Shown in pieces: positions 1 to 9,879 of a DNA stretch of 64,000 nt (the stretch's first letter is position 1; every line of letters starts with the position of its first letter). The stretch is taken from assembly GCA_019752815.1 (NCBI GenBank), contig JAIELQ010000003.1, forward strand, positions 18,722-82,721, written 5' to 3'. The position numbers and the translations under genes were made by a program. This stretch comes from Patescibacteria group bacterium. GTDB taxonomy: Bacteria > Patescibacteriota > Minisyncoccia > Phycocordibacterales > UBA918. The notes under the pieces were generated by a model that did no database searches, was not told the DNA's origin, and worked only from the letters and a program-made list of their open reading frames with translations.

Positions 1-8
1 ATTTTCCA

Positions 9-596
9 GTGGTTGCCTCCCTTCGCAACGGCATGGTTTTAAAGGTTTCAGAAACTATCACTACCGGCACATCAACCTGGCACAAAGTTATTTTTGATGA
101 ATGGTTACGCTACCCGGAACGCCATAACGGGGACTGGTACGTAGCCGCAGAATACGTCACCCTGTTAGAAGACCCGGGCACCAAGACACTTGATACACAC
201 CCCCTCACGGGCACATCATCAAAATCAATCCTGGTAGATCGTTCTGATCAAATGCTGTATGCCTATGATGGTGATGAAATATTTATGGTGGCCACCACCT
301 CAACCGGACTCGATAGCACACCTACTCCGCGCGGCGTTTTTACCGTATTCAAAAAAACTCCTAGTCGTTATATGCAGGGACCGTTACCAAATATCAATTC
401 AGATGATTACTATGACCTGCCTGGTGTACCATGGAATTTATATTTTACTGAAGGTGGCGCCGTAATTCACGGTGCCTATTGGCATGACAGTTTTGGAACG
501 AAATATTCTCACGGCTGCGTAAATCTCGAACCCTCTATTGCGCGCACATTATACGAATGGGCCGACTTAGGAATGAAGGTCACCGTACGAGACTAA
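9..596 (+). CDS. L,D-transpeptidase (YkuD domain), probably 5'-truncated by the window edge
   Basis: HGAYWH...SHGCVNL catalytic motif and TPTPRGVF strand typical of YkuD. Confidence 0.9.
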   Translation: MVASLRNGMVLKVSETITTGTSTWHKVIFDEWLRYPERHNGDWYVAAEYVTLLEDPGTKTLDTHPLTGTSSKSILVDRSDQMLYAYDGDEIFMVATTSTGLDSTPTPRGVFTVFKKTPSRYMQGPLPNINSDDYYDLPGVPWNLYFTEGGAVIHGAYWHDSFGTKYSHGCVNLEPSIARTLYEWADLGMKVTVRD

Positions 597-617
597 AAAG
601 TAGCGTATACTGTACCT

Positions 618-1430
618 ATGGCCGACTGGGATAAAATCACCCGCCGAGGTAATGTCGAAGACCGGCGTGGACTACGCAATGGTTTGGCTTCTTTTGGTAT
701 AACCGGAGTACTGCTCGTAATGGGTGCTACCTACTTAATGGGTGGCAACCCCCTTGATGTACTTACCCAAATTGATATCGAGCAGGTGCTCACCCCGGCA
801 ACAAATGAAGATACTTCACAATTTGCCGGCATCGATTCCTATGAACAATTTGTGAGTAGCGTGCTGGGTTCCACCAACGACTACTGGAACAAAACGTTCT
901 TAGAATTAGGCAACACGTACACTGAGCCAACATTAGTTTTGTTCCGTGGTGGCACGAATTCTGGATGCAGCGGTGCCACGAGTGCTTCGGGACCACACTA
1001 CTGTCCTGCCGACTTAACGATTTATCTTGATGAAACTTTTTTTGATGAATTAACTACCCAGCTAGGAGCTTCCGGCGGAGACGTGGCCGAAGCCTACGTG
1101 ATTGCTCACGAAGTTGGACACCATGTACAAAACCTTCTCGGTACAATTGATGGCACGAGACTGACCAACAGCGACTCTGTTGAAATTGAATTACAGGCCG
1201 ATTGTTATGCTGGCTTATGGGCCCACTCACTTCGTGATCAGGGTATTTTTGAACCAAACGAAATCGCCGAAGCCATGAACGCCGCTGAGAGCGTCGGCGA
1301 CGACAGTATTCAGCAAAAAACACAAGGTGAGGTTCACCCTGAATCCTGGACCCATGGTTCATCAGCAGATCGTCTCAATGCTTTCACCATTGGGTACGAA
1401 ACCGGTGATATAAAAAAATGTACCTTCTAG
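618..1430 (+). CDS. Neutral zinc metallopeptidase (YpfJ-like)
   Basis: NVEDRRG N-terminus, GPHYCPAD, HEVGHH, ELQADC and SWTHGSS motifs. Confidence 0.9.
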   Translation: MADWDKITRRGNVEDRRGLRNGLASFGITGVLLVMGATYLMGGNPLDVLTQIDIEQVLTPATNEDTSQFAGIDSYEQFVSSVLGSTNDYWNKTFLELGNTYTEPTLVLFRGGTNSGCSGATSASGPHYCPADLTIYLDETFFDELTTQLGASGGDVAEAYVIAHEVGHHVQNLLGTIDGTRLTNSDSVEIELQADCYAGLWAHSLRDQGIFEPNEIAEAMNAAESVGDDSIQQKTQGEVHPESWTHGSSADRLNAFTIGYETGDIKKCTF

Positions 1431-1445
1431 CACTACGGAAAAAGT

Positions 1446-2201
1446 TTACTGTGCTAGTTGCCACAAAGCACCGAATTTTTCTCGCTCACTTTGTGCAAAC
1501 TCGTTACTCTCCACAATAAACCCAAAAGCTTCAGCGTGACTGCTGATAAACGCTACTTTACTATCATATATGATAGTACCCATCGCGATATTTTTTTCTT
1601 TTTGTAATACCCGTCTCGCGTCATGCGCTCCGGACGTAAACAATGTATCGGAAACTTTTTTAGCATTACTAACCCACACGGACTCAATAGTGAGCTGGCG
1701 TTTTAGCCGTCTCTCATCAAACCACTTCAAGAACAACTCATCAAAAACCTGGTTCATTTTTTGCTCAGGCCAAATAACTTGGAGCGTAGTGGTATCGTGC
1801 CACATGATGTCTTTTAATAATTGCTTCACTCCGTCGGAACCTTCAAAAAAACGGAGCTTTGGGGTAACCGTATGGAGTGAATCAGCTAAACTCGGTAATG
1901 CCTCAGATAAAAATGCGCGACTCTGATTGAGTCGATCAATTTTATCCTCGAGCAGTGCATCGAGATATTTAATATCCGCCGCGGCAAATTCTGCTTTGCC
2001 ATCAATATCGAGCTCAACTACCAAGTTAAGTGCAATTAGTGATTTTAGCTGATCGTAGACTGACGGCCTCGTCATTCCAGTTCGGGCGGCCAGTATTCGA
2101 GCAGGAGCTTTTCCTTCAGTTAATAACGACAAATAAATCGTTTGTTGAAAATCACTGAGATCCAACCTGCGCAGAGCTGAACTTATATTATTGGTAGACA
2201 T
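1446..2201 (-). CDS. TrmB-family transcriptional regulator
   Basis: N-terminal wHTH (IYLSLL...TGMTRPSVYDQLKSL), C-terminal IYDSKVAFIS. Confidence 0.8.
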   Translation of the reverse strand: MSTNNISSALRRLDLSDFQQTIYLSLLTEGKAPARILAARTGMTRPSVYDQLKSLIALNLVVELDIDGKAEFAAADIKYLDALLEDKIDRLNQSRAFLSEALPSLADSLHTVTPKLRFFEGSDGVKQLLKDIMWHDTTTLQVIWPEQKMNQVFDELFLKWFDERRLKRQLTIESVWVSNAKKVSDTLFTSGAHDARRVLQKEKNIAMGTIIYDSKVAFISSHAEAFGFIVESNEFAQSEREKFGALWQLAQ

Positions 2202-2310
2202 ATACAGTGAATACTAGAATAACAAATTGTCGAAATTCGTCAACATATTTACATATTTGAGACATTGACCCATACTGTGTTCAGAACCGATCTTTCAGAG
2301 GAGAACTCAG

Positions 2311-2871
2311 ATGAAACAAGTTACCTACGGCATCCCGACCTGGAGCTTCAAAACCTACACTGCCCGGTACAACTACCGTTGTGCCAACTGTGAAGGTCTC
2401 ATCCCCTCGGGGACCAAGTACCTTCGCCACGTTGAACGCCTCGGTGCCAAAAAAGGCGTCGATCCCCTGCGGAACGTGCATGTTCATCTCGATTGTCACG
2501 CTCCCTGGTATCAGCCCGAGGCTCCGCACCGGCTTAAAAATCTCGGACGGTTGCCCCGGCGCACGCCACCGACTGCTACACTCGATGCTGGCAGGTATCA
2601 TCACAAACCCAGCATCGCAATTACCTCCCCCACTATTGGTACCCTGCAGTGGCAACCGGCCGCAGACCTCGCGGCTAAATTGGTAGCCATGCCTAACCAG
2701 CGTGCATCAGAAGGAGCCATGGTCGAAATTGAATCAACCATAACGATTGTGATGACGGCACTGCAGCAAGCAACCGGTAACAAGCGTAAGGCGATGAAAC
2801 TCAATCACCTGATTGAACAGATTACTCATCTCCTTGACCCTGTACCCGTAGCTCAGACGGATCATGTGTAA
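2311..2871 (+). CDS. Hypothetical protein with N-terminal CxxC...HxxC zinc-finger-like motif
   Basis: SD GAGGAG upstream; CANC...HLDC; terminator hairpin follows at about 2880-2909. Confidence 0.65.
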   Translation: MKQVTYGIPTWSFKTYTARYNYRCANCEGLIPSGTKYLRHVERLGAKKGVDPLRNVHVHLDCHAPWYQPEAPHRLKNLGRLPRRTPPTATLDAGRYHHKPSIAITSPTIGTLQWQPAADLAAKLVAMPNQRASEGAMVEIESTITIVMTALQQATGNKRKAMKLNHLIEQITHLLDPVPVAQTDHV

Positions 2872-2961
2872 ACAAAAATAAAGTCGGCATGACAACATGC
2901 CGACTTTTTAATACCTAAACCTCACCATTTTGAAACCAAAACGGTGGGGTTTCATTACGTA

Positions 2962-3192
2962 CTATTTACTTGATCCATTGGACATATCGAGAAACTTGCC
3001 CGGATTTGACTCCCATGCAGCAATAAAATCAGCGTGCTGTTCATGATTAGAGAAAATTTCTTGCAAACAACCAGCCATAATGGTGCCGTCAGGCTGTACA
3101 TACCTTCCCAACCGCATCCGAATAGCATCTTTTTCCTCTGGCGAAATATCTACCGTTGCCAAATACCCGATAACCATAGTGCGATCGAACAT
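2962..3192 (-). CDS. Small hypothetical protein
   Basis: SD AGGAG before ATG at 3192 (ORF track starts at TTG 3198). Confidence 0.55.
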   Translation of the reverse strand: MFDRTMVIGYLATVDISPEEKDAIRMRLGRYVQPDGTIMAGCLQEIFSNHEQHADFIAAWESNPGKFLDMSNGSSK

Positions 3193-3275
3193 ATGCAACT
3201 CTCCTGTGTTTGAACATACTCTCTAAGCAAATTTATACCACAAACCATCAGTAGTTGAAATATAAACAGTATCAA

Positions 3276-3304
3276 TTGACAAAAGTTTAACTTAAGTTAA
3301 ACTT
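3276..3304 (+). promoter_or_regulatory. Sigma70 promoter with palindromic operator of the TA operon
   Basis: TTGACA (3276) then 16 bp then TAAACT (3298); perfect 22-bp palindrome AAGTTTAACTTAAGTTAAACTT at 3283-3304. Confidence 0.75.
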
Positions 3305-3309
3305 AAGAT

Positions 3310-3573
3310 ATGAGCATAAAGACACAAAAAAATATTGGTTTGAAAGAACTCCGTGAAAATATGGAGAGCTATATTGAACGTGTTAATAAAGGTGAGTCGC
3401 TAACAATCTATAGACGTTCTACCCCACTTTTTCGCATAACACCAATAGAGAGTGAGACTGATGAGAACTGGGAAACCGTTGTGGATTTTGTTAAAGAAAC
3501 TGGAGCTGCTATGCCGTTAAAAGACCTCCTCCAATCCATTAAAAAATATGGACAAAAATCAAAAGTTTCTTAA
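3310..3573 (+). CDS. Phd/YefM-family antitoxin
   Basis: IGLKELRENMESYIERVNKGESLTIYRRSTP; overlaps the downstream toxin. Confidence 0.85.
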   Translation: MSIKTQKNIGLKELRENMESYIERVNKGESLTIYRRSTPLFRITPIESETDENWETVVDFVKETGAAMPLKDLLQSIKKYGQKSKVS

Positions 3574-3790
3574 AAAACTTTCCTCCAAAGAACTACTGGC
3601 CCTGCAATCAGTTTTACATAAAATCCAAAGTAAAAAGACTGACGGATTGGACATTAAAAAACTTACAGGTCATACTGACGTATTCCGTGTACGTGTTGGA
3701 ACAATTAGAGTTATCTTTTTGGCGAATCGTTCAGTGATTGAAATCCTAGAAATTAGTCGGCGCAGCGAAAAAACTTATCATAATTTTTAA
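3548..3790 (+). CDS. RelE/ParE-family toxin
   Basis: IKKLTG...FRVRVGTIRVIF, basic 80 aa, downstream of antitoxin. Confidence 0.85.
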   Translation: MDKNQKFLKKLSSKELLALQSVLHKIQSKKTDGLDIKKLTGHTDVFRVRVGTIRVIFLANRSVIEILEISRRSEKTYHNF

Positions 3791-3794
3791 AAGT

Positions 3795-3821
3795 AAAAAA
3801 CCACTTAGAAGGTGGTTTTTT
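3795..3821. terminator. Bidirectional intrinsic terminator
   Basis: AAAAAACCAC-TTAGAAG-GTGGTTTTTT between convergent genes. Confidence 0.7.
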
Positions 3822-3832
3822 AGTAACTTACC

Positions 3833-4297
3833 TTACCGCGTCAAACAATACTCACTACTGCCGGCAATTGCCGCTTCGGCGTGTTTTGGAGCACAGACAG
3901 TGAATCGACCCAGCGCGTCTACCTCTACCGTATAAAGCGTATCAGCATCACTTCCTCCGTCGGGGTCAAAGGGTAGAGCGCTTGGGATGTATGTCGGTAC
4001 GAGGCAACTGAGATCAATGTTTCCACTCCCAGTACCGATATTTGTTTCGGTAGTGGTGATGGAATCAGAAGCACATGTGAACACTCCTTTATTATCGACA
4101 GTGTTTTGTCCAATAGCATTTAAAATTGTTGAGACATTTGCTTCACGTTGTGTGTTACGGGACTGTGCAAATTGACGAGAAGGATTAATCGCGACCACCA
4201 CAATTGAAGCCAAAATTGCAATGATACCAATAACAACGAGCAACTCCATTAAGGTGAACCCTACACTTGTATTAACTTTTTTGTTTGAGGTGGTCAT
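3833..4297 (-). CDS. Type IV major pilin-like protein
   Basis: Class III signal GFTLMELLVVIGIIAIL; C-terminal Cys residues; P-x-DP motif. Confidence 0.9.
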   Translation of the reverse strand: MTTSNKKVNTSVGFTLMELLVVIGIIAILASIVVVAINPSRQFAQSRNTQREANVSTILNAIGQNTVDNKGVFTCASDSITTTETNIGTGSGNIDLSCLVPTYIPSALPFDPDGGSDADTLYTVEVDALGRFTVCAPKHAEAAIAGSSEYCLTR

Positions 4298-4397
4298 ACT
4301 TAAAGAATGAACTTTACAACATAATAAGATCTATCAACACTCACTCTGACTTAAGTATATTCCTAATTAAAAAAACTATTTTGACATATGTGTACAA

Positions 4398-4874
4398 CTA
4401 TGGCATTGTCGACACCTCTTTGACACTATCAAGCACAGGCTGAAAATACATCTCCCGTGCAATCACATTGGAAAGTGTAGTCTCATTTAAATGAATATTT
4501 CCTGTTTTGTATATCAAATCAAGATTAGTCACACTACCCCTCACCTCAGCGTGGACACGTACCGTTACGTATTCTTTACTCGGAGATTCTTTTTTGATTT
4601 CATAAACTGTACACGAACCAATCTCGTTTATAACTGTTGGGGTGTTTGTAGAATTATTTACACTGAGAATTAATGCCAGACTTCGATTACCACACTCAAA
4701 TGCAAGCAAACGAGACTGCTCTTTAGCTTCATTCCCTAATACCAAAAAGCTTGTGTAAAAACCTGATATACCAGCTTGAATAGTCATCACTAAAAGCGTC
4801 GCTCCTATAACAATCGTAGACATGAGAGCCACAAACCCTGATTGATTTTTTAAATTTGTATTTTGTAACTTCAT
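4398..4874 (-). CDS. PilX-like minor pilin
   Basis: QSGFVALMSTIVI (no Glu5); start placed at MKLQN next to the upstream stop. Confidence 0.7.
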   Translation of the reverse strand: MKLQNTNLKNQSGFVALMSTIVIGATLLVMTIQAGISGFYTSFLVLGNEAKEQSRLLAFECGNRSLALILSVNNSTNTPTVINEIGSCTVYEIKKESPSKEYVTVRVHAEVRGSVTNLDLIYKTGNIHLNETTLSNVIAREMYFQPVLDSVKEVSTMP

Positions 4875-4875
4875 A

Positions 4876-5310
4876 TCAAAAAGTAGTAAAAAATATAAAT
4901 GGAATTTTATTAATTGTATAGGTAATTTTAATTTCAGTATTACGTATATCAATCATTTCATTTTTGATTTTAAAACTATTTCCTGAAATTACCTGTGGAG
5001 TGCTTGTGTTACGACTTAGGTACAATTGTTCATCGTAAAAATTAAATATAAGCGGACTATTCTTACCCAAGTCAGGCCTAATGATATAAATGGTTTTGTC
5101 ATCAACTTTTATTATTTCTTCAGCCCCACTTATTGCCCATGCAAACTTCTGATTAATAAAAATTGATTCTGCAATTGTATTTGTCTTTTGAGTAATTCCA
5201 GCACTACTACTCATAAGGGCGTAGGTAGTGACTAATCCGCCTGTCATCAAAAGACTAAAAAGTGCACAGTATATTATTGTTTCAAGTAGTGTAAAGCCTA
5301 ATGTTTTCAT
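4876..5310 (-). CDS. Minor pilin (prepilin N-terminal cleavage motif)
   Basis: GFTLLETIIYCAL. Confidence 0.85.
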   Translation of the reverse strand: MKTLGFTLLETIIYCALFSLLMTGGLVTTYALMSSSAGITQKTNTIAESIFINQKFAWAISGAEEIIKVDDKTIYIIRPDLGKNSPLIFNFYDEQLYLSRNTSTPQVISGNSFKIKNEMIDIRNTEIKITYTINKIPFIFFTTF

Positions 5311-6839
5311 GGTGTATATAAAACTGAAATATTTTCACTTAGGGTTTGAGACTGACTCACCACAAACATATTATTCATGCCTATATCAATACCGAGCGGA
5401 GCTATTCTGGGACTACTAAAACTTGATAACTGACCAGCGTTAACTACTAACGAATTCCATGTCTGTAAATCATTGTTCCAAATCTGAAACTCAGAACCAT
5501 TTTTACCAGTACCTACAACCAACTCTCTTCCTGTACTAGTTAACGCTAGCACCTCCCCTCCCACCTCACCAGTTGCCAGTACTTGAAGTTCATTTGCAAT
5601 TAATTTTTGACTATTGAATGCATACAGTTCTGGTGTAGTACTATTTCTTCGACCCACATACAAAATTGAACCGTTCAGATATATGGATACAGCATCTGCA
5701 TTACCATTTAGATTTATAGCTGCAATCTCGACAGGGACAGTGTCCGTTACGTCATATACACCGACCTCCTTCAAATCAGAACTTGCTGCCAAATATAAAA
5801 ATCTTCTTTTTAATCCGTTAACTATTTCATCCCTAATCACCATGTCATTAACCGTGCGATTTAAATTTATGGGAGCAGTAGTTATTTCTAACGGCAAGCG
5901 AGGATCCATAATGGAAAAGATATGGAGCTCAGGACCGGTTGTCTCTCGAGTAACTACAAATAATTGATTGCCGTATGCAACCACTCTCCAACCTTGAGGA
6001 AATGATCCCGCACTCGCAACATTTAATAGGGGGTATTCTGCCAGAAACTCGGGACTAGTTGAGTCGGTGACGTCATATACAATTAATTGACTAGTGCTAC
6101 TATGCTGCATAAGATACGCATACATTCTTCCAGTTAAGTAATCCCGAATGACATCAATATCGTTTATCCGTATCCCCTGCACACTACTTGAACTCACCAA
6201 AACAGGTGCATGATCAGGATTATCTGATAGCTTAAAGATACGCAAAAAAGGAGATTGCATACTTGTTACATACATATACTCTCCTAGCACATCTACTCCG
6301 GTAATTTGCTGTGGTGGTAAAATTATCTGACCGCCAAGTTGGGGCAAGACTTCGCCCCAGTCATTATGTAATGCCTCTACTAAACAATCACCTCCTGCAG
6401 ACAAAATTTCATTATTATTGGATAGGTAAGACCTAGTGGTCACCGAGCTTGAGGGATATCTTTCAGAAATTTTCCACGAAACAGACACCGTAACCTCTTT
6501 TGCACATGATGAAATATCAGTAACAGTTTTGTCTACAAAATAACACTGACCGCCATCAATACAACTTTTATCACTTAGTAAACCCTCATCCTTGGAAACT
6601 TCTGATGTAATAGTGGATACTTGTTGAAAATTTTCTGTGCCGACAGCTTGAATATTGCCTATGATTATTTTGCTTTTATTGATAGCTTCATTAGAGATTT
6701 GCGCAGTAATAAACCAATACTGCGCTGACATAATAGATCCCACCGCCCCAACCATAATGACTGACAATAACGCAAAAGCAATTAACAACTCAATGGTACT
6801 AAACCCAACAATTATATTTTTAGTAAATAGCCCCTTCAT
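5307..6839 (-). CDS. Large minor pilin with C-terminal beta-propeller (LVIVD-like repeats)
   Basis: GFSTIELLIAF; repeated LIVYDVTD/LHIFSI/VGVYDVTD blades. Confidence 0.8.
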   Translation of the reverse strand: MKGLFTKNIIVGFSTIELLIAFALLSVIMVGAVGSIMSAQYWFITAQISNEAINKSKIIIGNIQAVGTENFQQVSTITSEVSKDEGLLSDKSCIDGGQCYFVDKTVTDISSCAKEVTVSVSWKISERYPSSSVTTRSYLSNNNEILSAGGDCLVEALHNDWGEVLPQLGGQIILPPQQITGVDVLGEYMYVTSMQSPFLRIFKLSDNPDHAPVLVSSSSVQGIRINDIDVIRDYLTGRMYAYLMQHSSTSQLIVYDVTDSTSPEFLAEYPLLNVASAGSFPQGWRVVAYGNQLFVVTRETTGPELHIFSIMDPRLPLEITTAPINLNRTVNDMVIRDEIVNGLKRRFLYLAASSDLKEVGVYDVTDTVPVEIAAINLNGNADAVSIYLNGSILYVGRRNSTTPELYAFNSQKLIANELQVLATGEVGGEVLALTSTGRELVVGTGKNGSEFQIWNNDLQTWNSLVVNAGQLSSFSSPRIAPLGIDIGMNNMFVVSQSQTLSENISVLYTP

Positions 6840-7305
6840 AATTAATTGTTACCGTCGTTGAAGCTCCTGAATGAGTACTGTTTAATTCAAACTCTGAATC
6901 AATATTTGATTCACCACTTAATTGTTCGAAGATAATTACTTCAGGATAATTGGCACTAAAGGAAAAATTCTCAGCGCGTGGCACATACACATGTAGAGAT
7001 TCGTCAGAATCATCAAAATTATTCCCCACAAACACTACGTAACCTTGATAACCTGACGGATCTATTGCCACACCATGATCTTGCTCTCCAACATTTTGCA
7101 TTGCATTTGCCCGAGCTGATTGCAAAAGAAGAATAAGGTTACCTTTTTCTGTAGTTAATAATTGATTTTCATAATAATTATATGAAAACAACATAGTAGC
7201 TGAAGCAATTACTGCCACCATAGACATAACAATGAGGACCTCAAACAAAGAAAAGCCGAGCTGAGTTGATAGTTTATTACTGATGAATGTTCTGCGTAAT
7301 GCCAT
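6820..7305 (-). CDS. FimT/GspH-like minor pilin
   Basis: GFSLFEVLIVMSMVA; LQSARANAM; start uncertain. Confidence 0.8.
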   Translation of the reverse strand: MALRRTFISNKLSTQLGFSLFEVLIVMSMVAVIASATMLFSYNYYENQLLTTEKGNLILLLQSARANAMQNVGEQDHGVAIDPSGYQGYVVFVGNNFDDSDESLHVYVPRAENFSFSANYPEVIIFEQLSGESNIDSEFELNSTHSGASTTVTINYEGAIY

Positions 7306-8425
7306 ATATGGGTGTAATGATGGAAATAGCTATAAAACCAACAACCAGACCCATCAGTAACATGAGGAGTGGTTCTACAATTATTGTTAGATTTTTTGTG
7401 CGGTCACGAATATCTGATTCATACACTTCTGAAACATATGCCAGGGTGGTTGGCATGTTACCAGTATTCTCTCCCGCTTGAATCATCTGTATCAAAAGTG
7501 GTGGAAAAAGAAAGATATTTTTTTGGAGCTCTGAGGAAAGCTTCTTACCAGTTACCACGGCAATACAAGTACTTTCAAGTGCCAACTTGTATACTACGTT
7601 GTTTGTACTTACTGCTGTAATATCGAGCGCTGTAGTTATTGGTATATCATTTTGAAGAAGTAATCCTAATGTGCGTGTACTTTGTGCCAAATTATAAAAA
7701 CGACACATACCTCCAACTATAGGAATGCGAAGAATAATATTTGTAATATGGTATAGAAAAAATGGAATTCGTAGCAGGAGCGTAATAATAAACACACTCA
7801 CCACACTAGCAATGAGTACATACCACCCGTATTTTATTAAAAAATCACTAACTACTATAAGAAACTTTGTTGACCACGGCAGTGACGTTTTTACACTTAA
7901 GAAAATAGGTACAATCTTAGGAAATATATACACGATCAGAAATACAGTGATCGCTATAGTTGCAATTATAACAATCAACGGGTAGACCAATGCGCTTAAA
8001 ATTTGCGTTCTTAATTCATACTTCTTTTTTAACTCAACAGCTACGTATTCTAAACTTTCTGGCAATGTACCTGTACGCTCTCCGACACCTATGATACTTA
8101 TGCAAAAGAAACCAAATATTTTTTTATATTTCATTATTGCTGTACCGAGAGACTGTCCGGAAGACATATCTACAGCCAGACTAGAAGTTATAACCTTGAG
8201 ACTCTTTGAAGCATTTTCATTGGCGATCATTTGTAGACAATCAACGATCGGCATTTGTGCTCTTAGCATCATTGAAAAACGTTTCAAAAATATGATCTGC
8301 TCTTTAGTTGAAATCCTCAATCCATAAGTACCATTGTGAAAATATGAAATTTTCATGTAATTTTTTTCATCCATTCTCACAATAGATGATACGAATGTAT
8401 CCCAGAATTGAAAATATTTATTCAT
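7277..8425 (-). CDS. pilC: Type IV pilus/T2SS inner-membrane platform protein (PilC/GspF)
   Basis: GERTGTL, ALVYP, GENTGNM and EPLLMLLMGLVVGFI motifs. Confidence 0.9.
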   Translation of the reverse strand: MNKYFQFWDTFVSSIVRMDEKNYMKISYFHNGTYGLRISTKEQIIFLKRFSMMLRAQMPIVDCLQMIANENASKSLKVITSSLAVDMSSGQSLGTAIMKYKKIFGFFCISIIGVGERTGTLPESLEYVAVELKKKYELRTQILSALVYPLIVIIATIAITVFLIVYIFPKIVPIFLSVKTSLPWSTKFLIVVSDFLIKYGWYVLIASVVSVFIITLLLRIPFFLYHITNIILRIPIVGGMCRFYNLAQSTRTLGLLLQNDIPITTALDITAVSTNNVVYKLALESTCIAVVTGKKLSSELQKNIFLFPPLLIQMIQAGENTGNMPTTLAYVSEVYESDIRDRTKNLTIIVEPLLMLLMGLVVGFIAISIITPIYGITQNIHQ

Positions 8426-9683
8426 AGTTAATTTTTAACACTTCCTCTATGGTAGTTATTCCAGCAAAAACTTTATTAAACCCATCTGTAATTAATGGTG
8501 TCATACCTTCATCTATTGCTATCGCACGTAATTTTGCAGCCGACAAACGCTCCAGTATTCCAGTTCGAATTTTAGGTGTAACAACTAAAACCTCGTGAAT
8601 TCCGATACGACCACTAAACCCAGTCTGATTACACGCTTTACACCCTACTGAAGTGAATATTTTTAGTATTGAAGGAACTTCGTTTTTTGGTATTAAACGT
8701 AATAATTCACTAACCTCTATAGGAGTCAAGGCCTTTTCCTTCTTGCACAAAGAGCAAAGTCTTCTAACGAGACGTTGCCCAATTGCAATATTAACTGTTG
8801 AAGCAATTAAATACGGCTCAATTTTCATATCAAGCAAACGCGGCAACGTTGTTGCCGCGTCGTTAGTATGCAGAGTTGAAACTACAATGTGTCCGGTGAG
8901 CGCAATATTAACTGCTAATCCGGCAGTTTCTACGTCTCGTATCTCTCCAACCATTATGGTATTCGGATCTTGCCTCAAGATACTGCGCAATCCATGTGCA
9001 AACGTTAGTCCAGTTCGAGGATTAACCTGTATTTGATTGACGTCTTTGATTGCGTATTCAATCGGATCTTCGATGGTAACAATAGAAGTCTCGGTAGCGT
9101 TTTGTAGGGACAGAAGTGTGTACAGAGTCGTGGTTTTTCCGCTACCTGTTGGACCGGTTACCAAAATCATTCCATAGGGCTTTTTCATGGCAACCAAAAT
9201 TTTCTCCTGATTATCTTTGCAGAATCCCAACGAAGATAAAGAGAAGGTCTTTTGATGATTCACCAATAGTCTTAAAATTGCATTCTCACCATAGTACAGG
9301 GGCATTATTGATACTCTAATATCGATAGCAATACCATCAATACAAGTTTGTCTAAGTCTTCCATCCATTGCAGCCTGGTGCTCATCCGTTCTTAAACCAC
9401 ACAATACTTTAAGACGTGTTATTAATTCATTGTGAATTAATTTTGGAATACTGTGCACCATTTGCAAAACTCCATCAACCCTCATTTTAACCAAAATATT
9501 TTCTTCGGTGGGATTGATATGAATATCTGATGCTTGGAGTAAGTACCCTTCATTAATTAGCTGATCTAAAATAATTACTGCAGAAGCGTTGCCGCCCCTC
9601 TCTACCTCTTCTTTTACCCGGGCATTACAGTCACGTGCGGTGCACAAGTTTGGAGACGTCGATTGCAAAGAATCGTCATTCAT
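8418..9683 (-). CDS. pilB: Type IV pilus assembly ATPase (PilB/GspE), lacking the N-terminal MshEN domain
   Basis: ASDIHI, GPTGSGKTTT, TIEDPIEY, LRQDP, GEIRD, TGH..STLHTN, tetracysteine motif. Confidence 0.92.
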   Translation of the reverse strand: MNDDSLQSTSPNLCTARDCNARVKEEVERGGNASAVIILDQLINEGYLLQASDIHINPTEENILVKMRVDGVLQMVHSIPKLIHNELITRLKVLCGLRTDEHQAAMDGRLRQTCIDGIAIDIRVSIMPLYYGENAILRLLVNHQKTFSLSSLGFCKDNQEKILVAMKKPYGMILVTGPTGSGKTTTLYTLLSLQNATETSIVTIEDPIEYAIKDVNQIQVNPRTGLTFAHGLRSILRQDPNTIMVGEIRDVETAGLAVNIALTGHIVVSTLHTNDAATTLPRLLDMKIEPYLIASTVNIAIGQRLVRRLCSLCKKEKALTPIEVSELLRLIPKNEVPSILKIFTSVGCKACNQTGFSGRIGIHEVLVVTPKIRTGILERLSAAKLRAIAIDEGMTPLITDGFNKVFAGITTIEEVLKINYE

Positions 9684-9879
9684 ACCTAAATCATCCCACC
9701 TTTTAATTCATCATGCTGATGTATGAGTGCATAAGTGAGTAAAGATAATAATCATTATCTGATAAGCCTGGAACGAATAATCAAACAAAACCTTTATTTT
9801 TAGAGCATTTTAATCCCCAATTCGTGATTAGGGAAAACATGGTAAACTGGTACTCACTTAGCAATTTTCAGTTTTAGAT

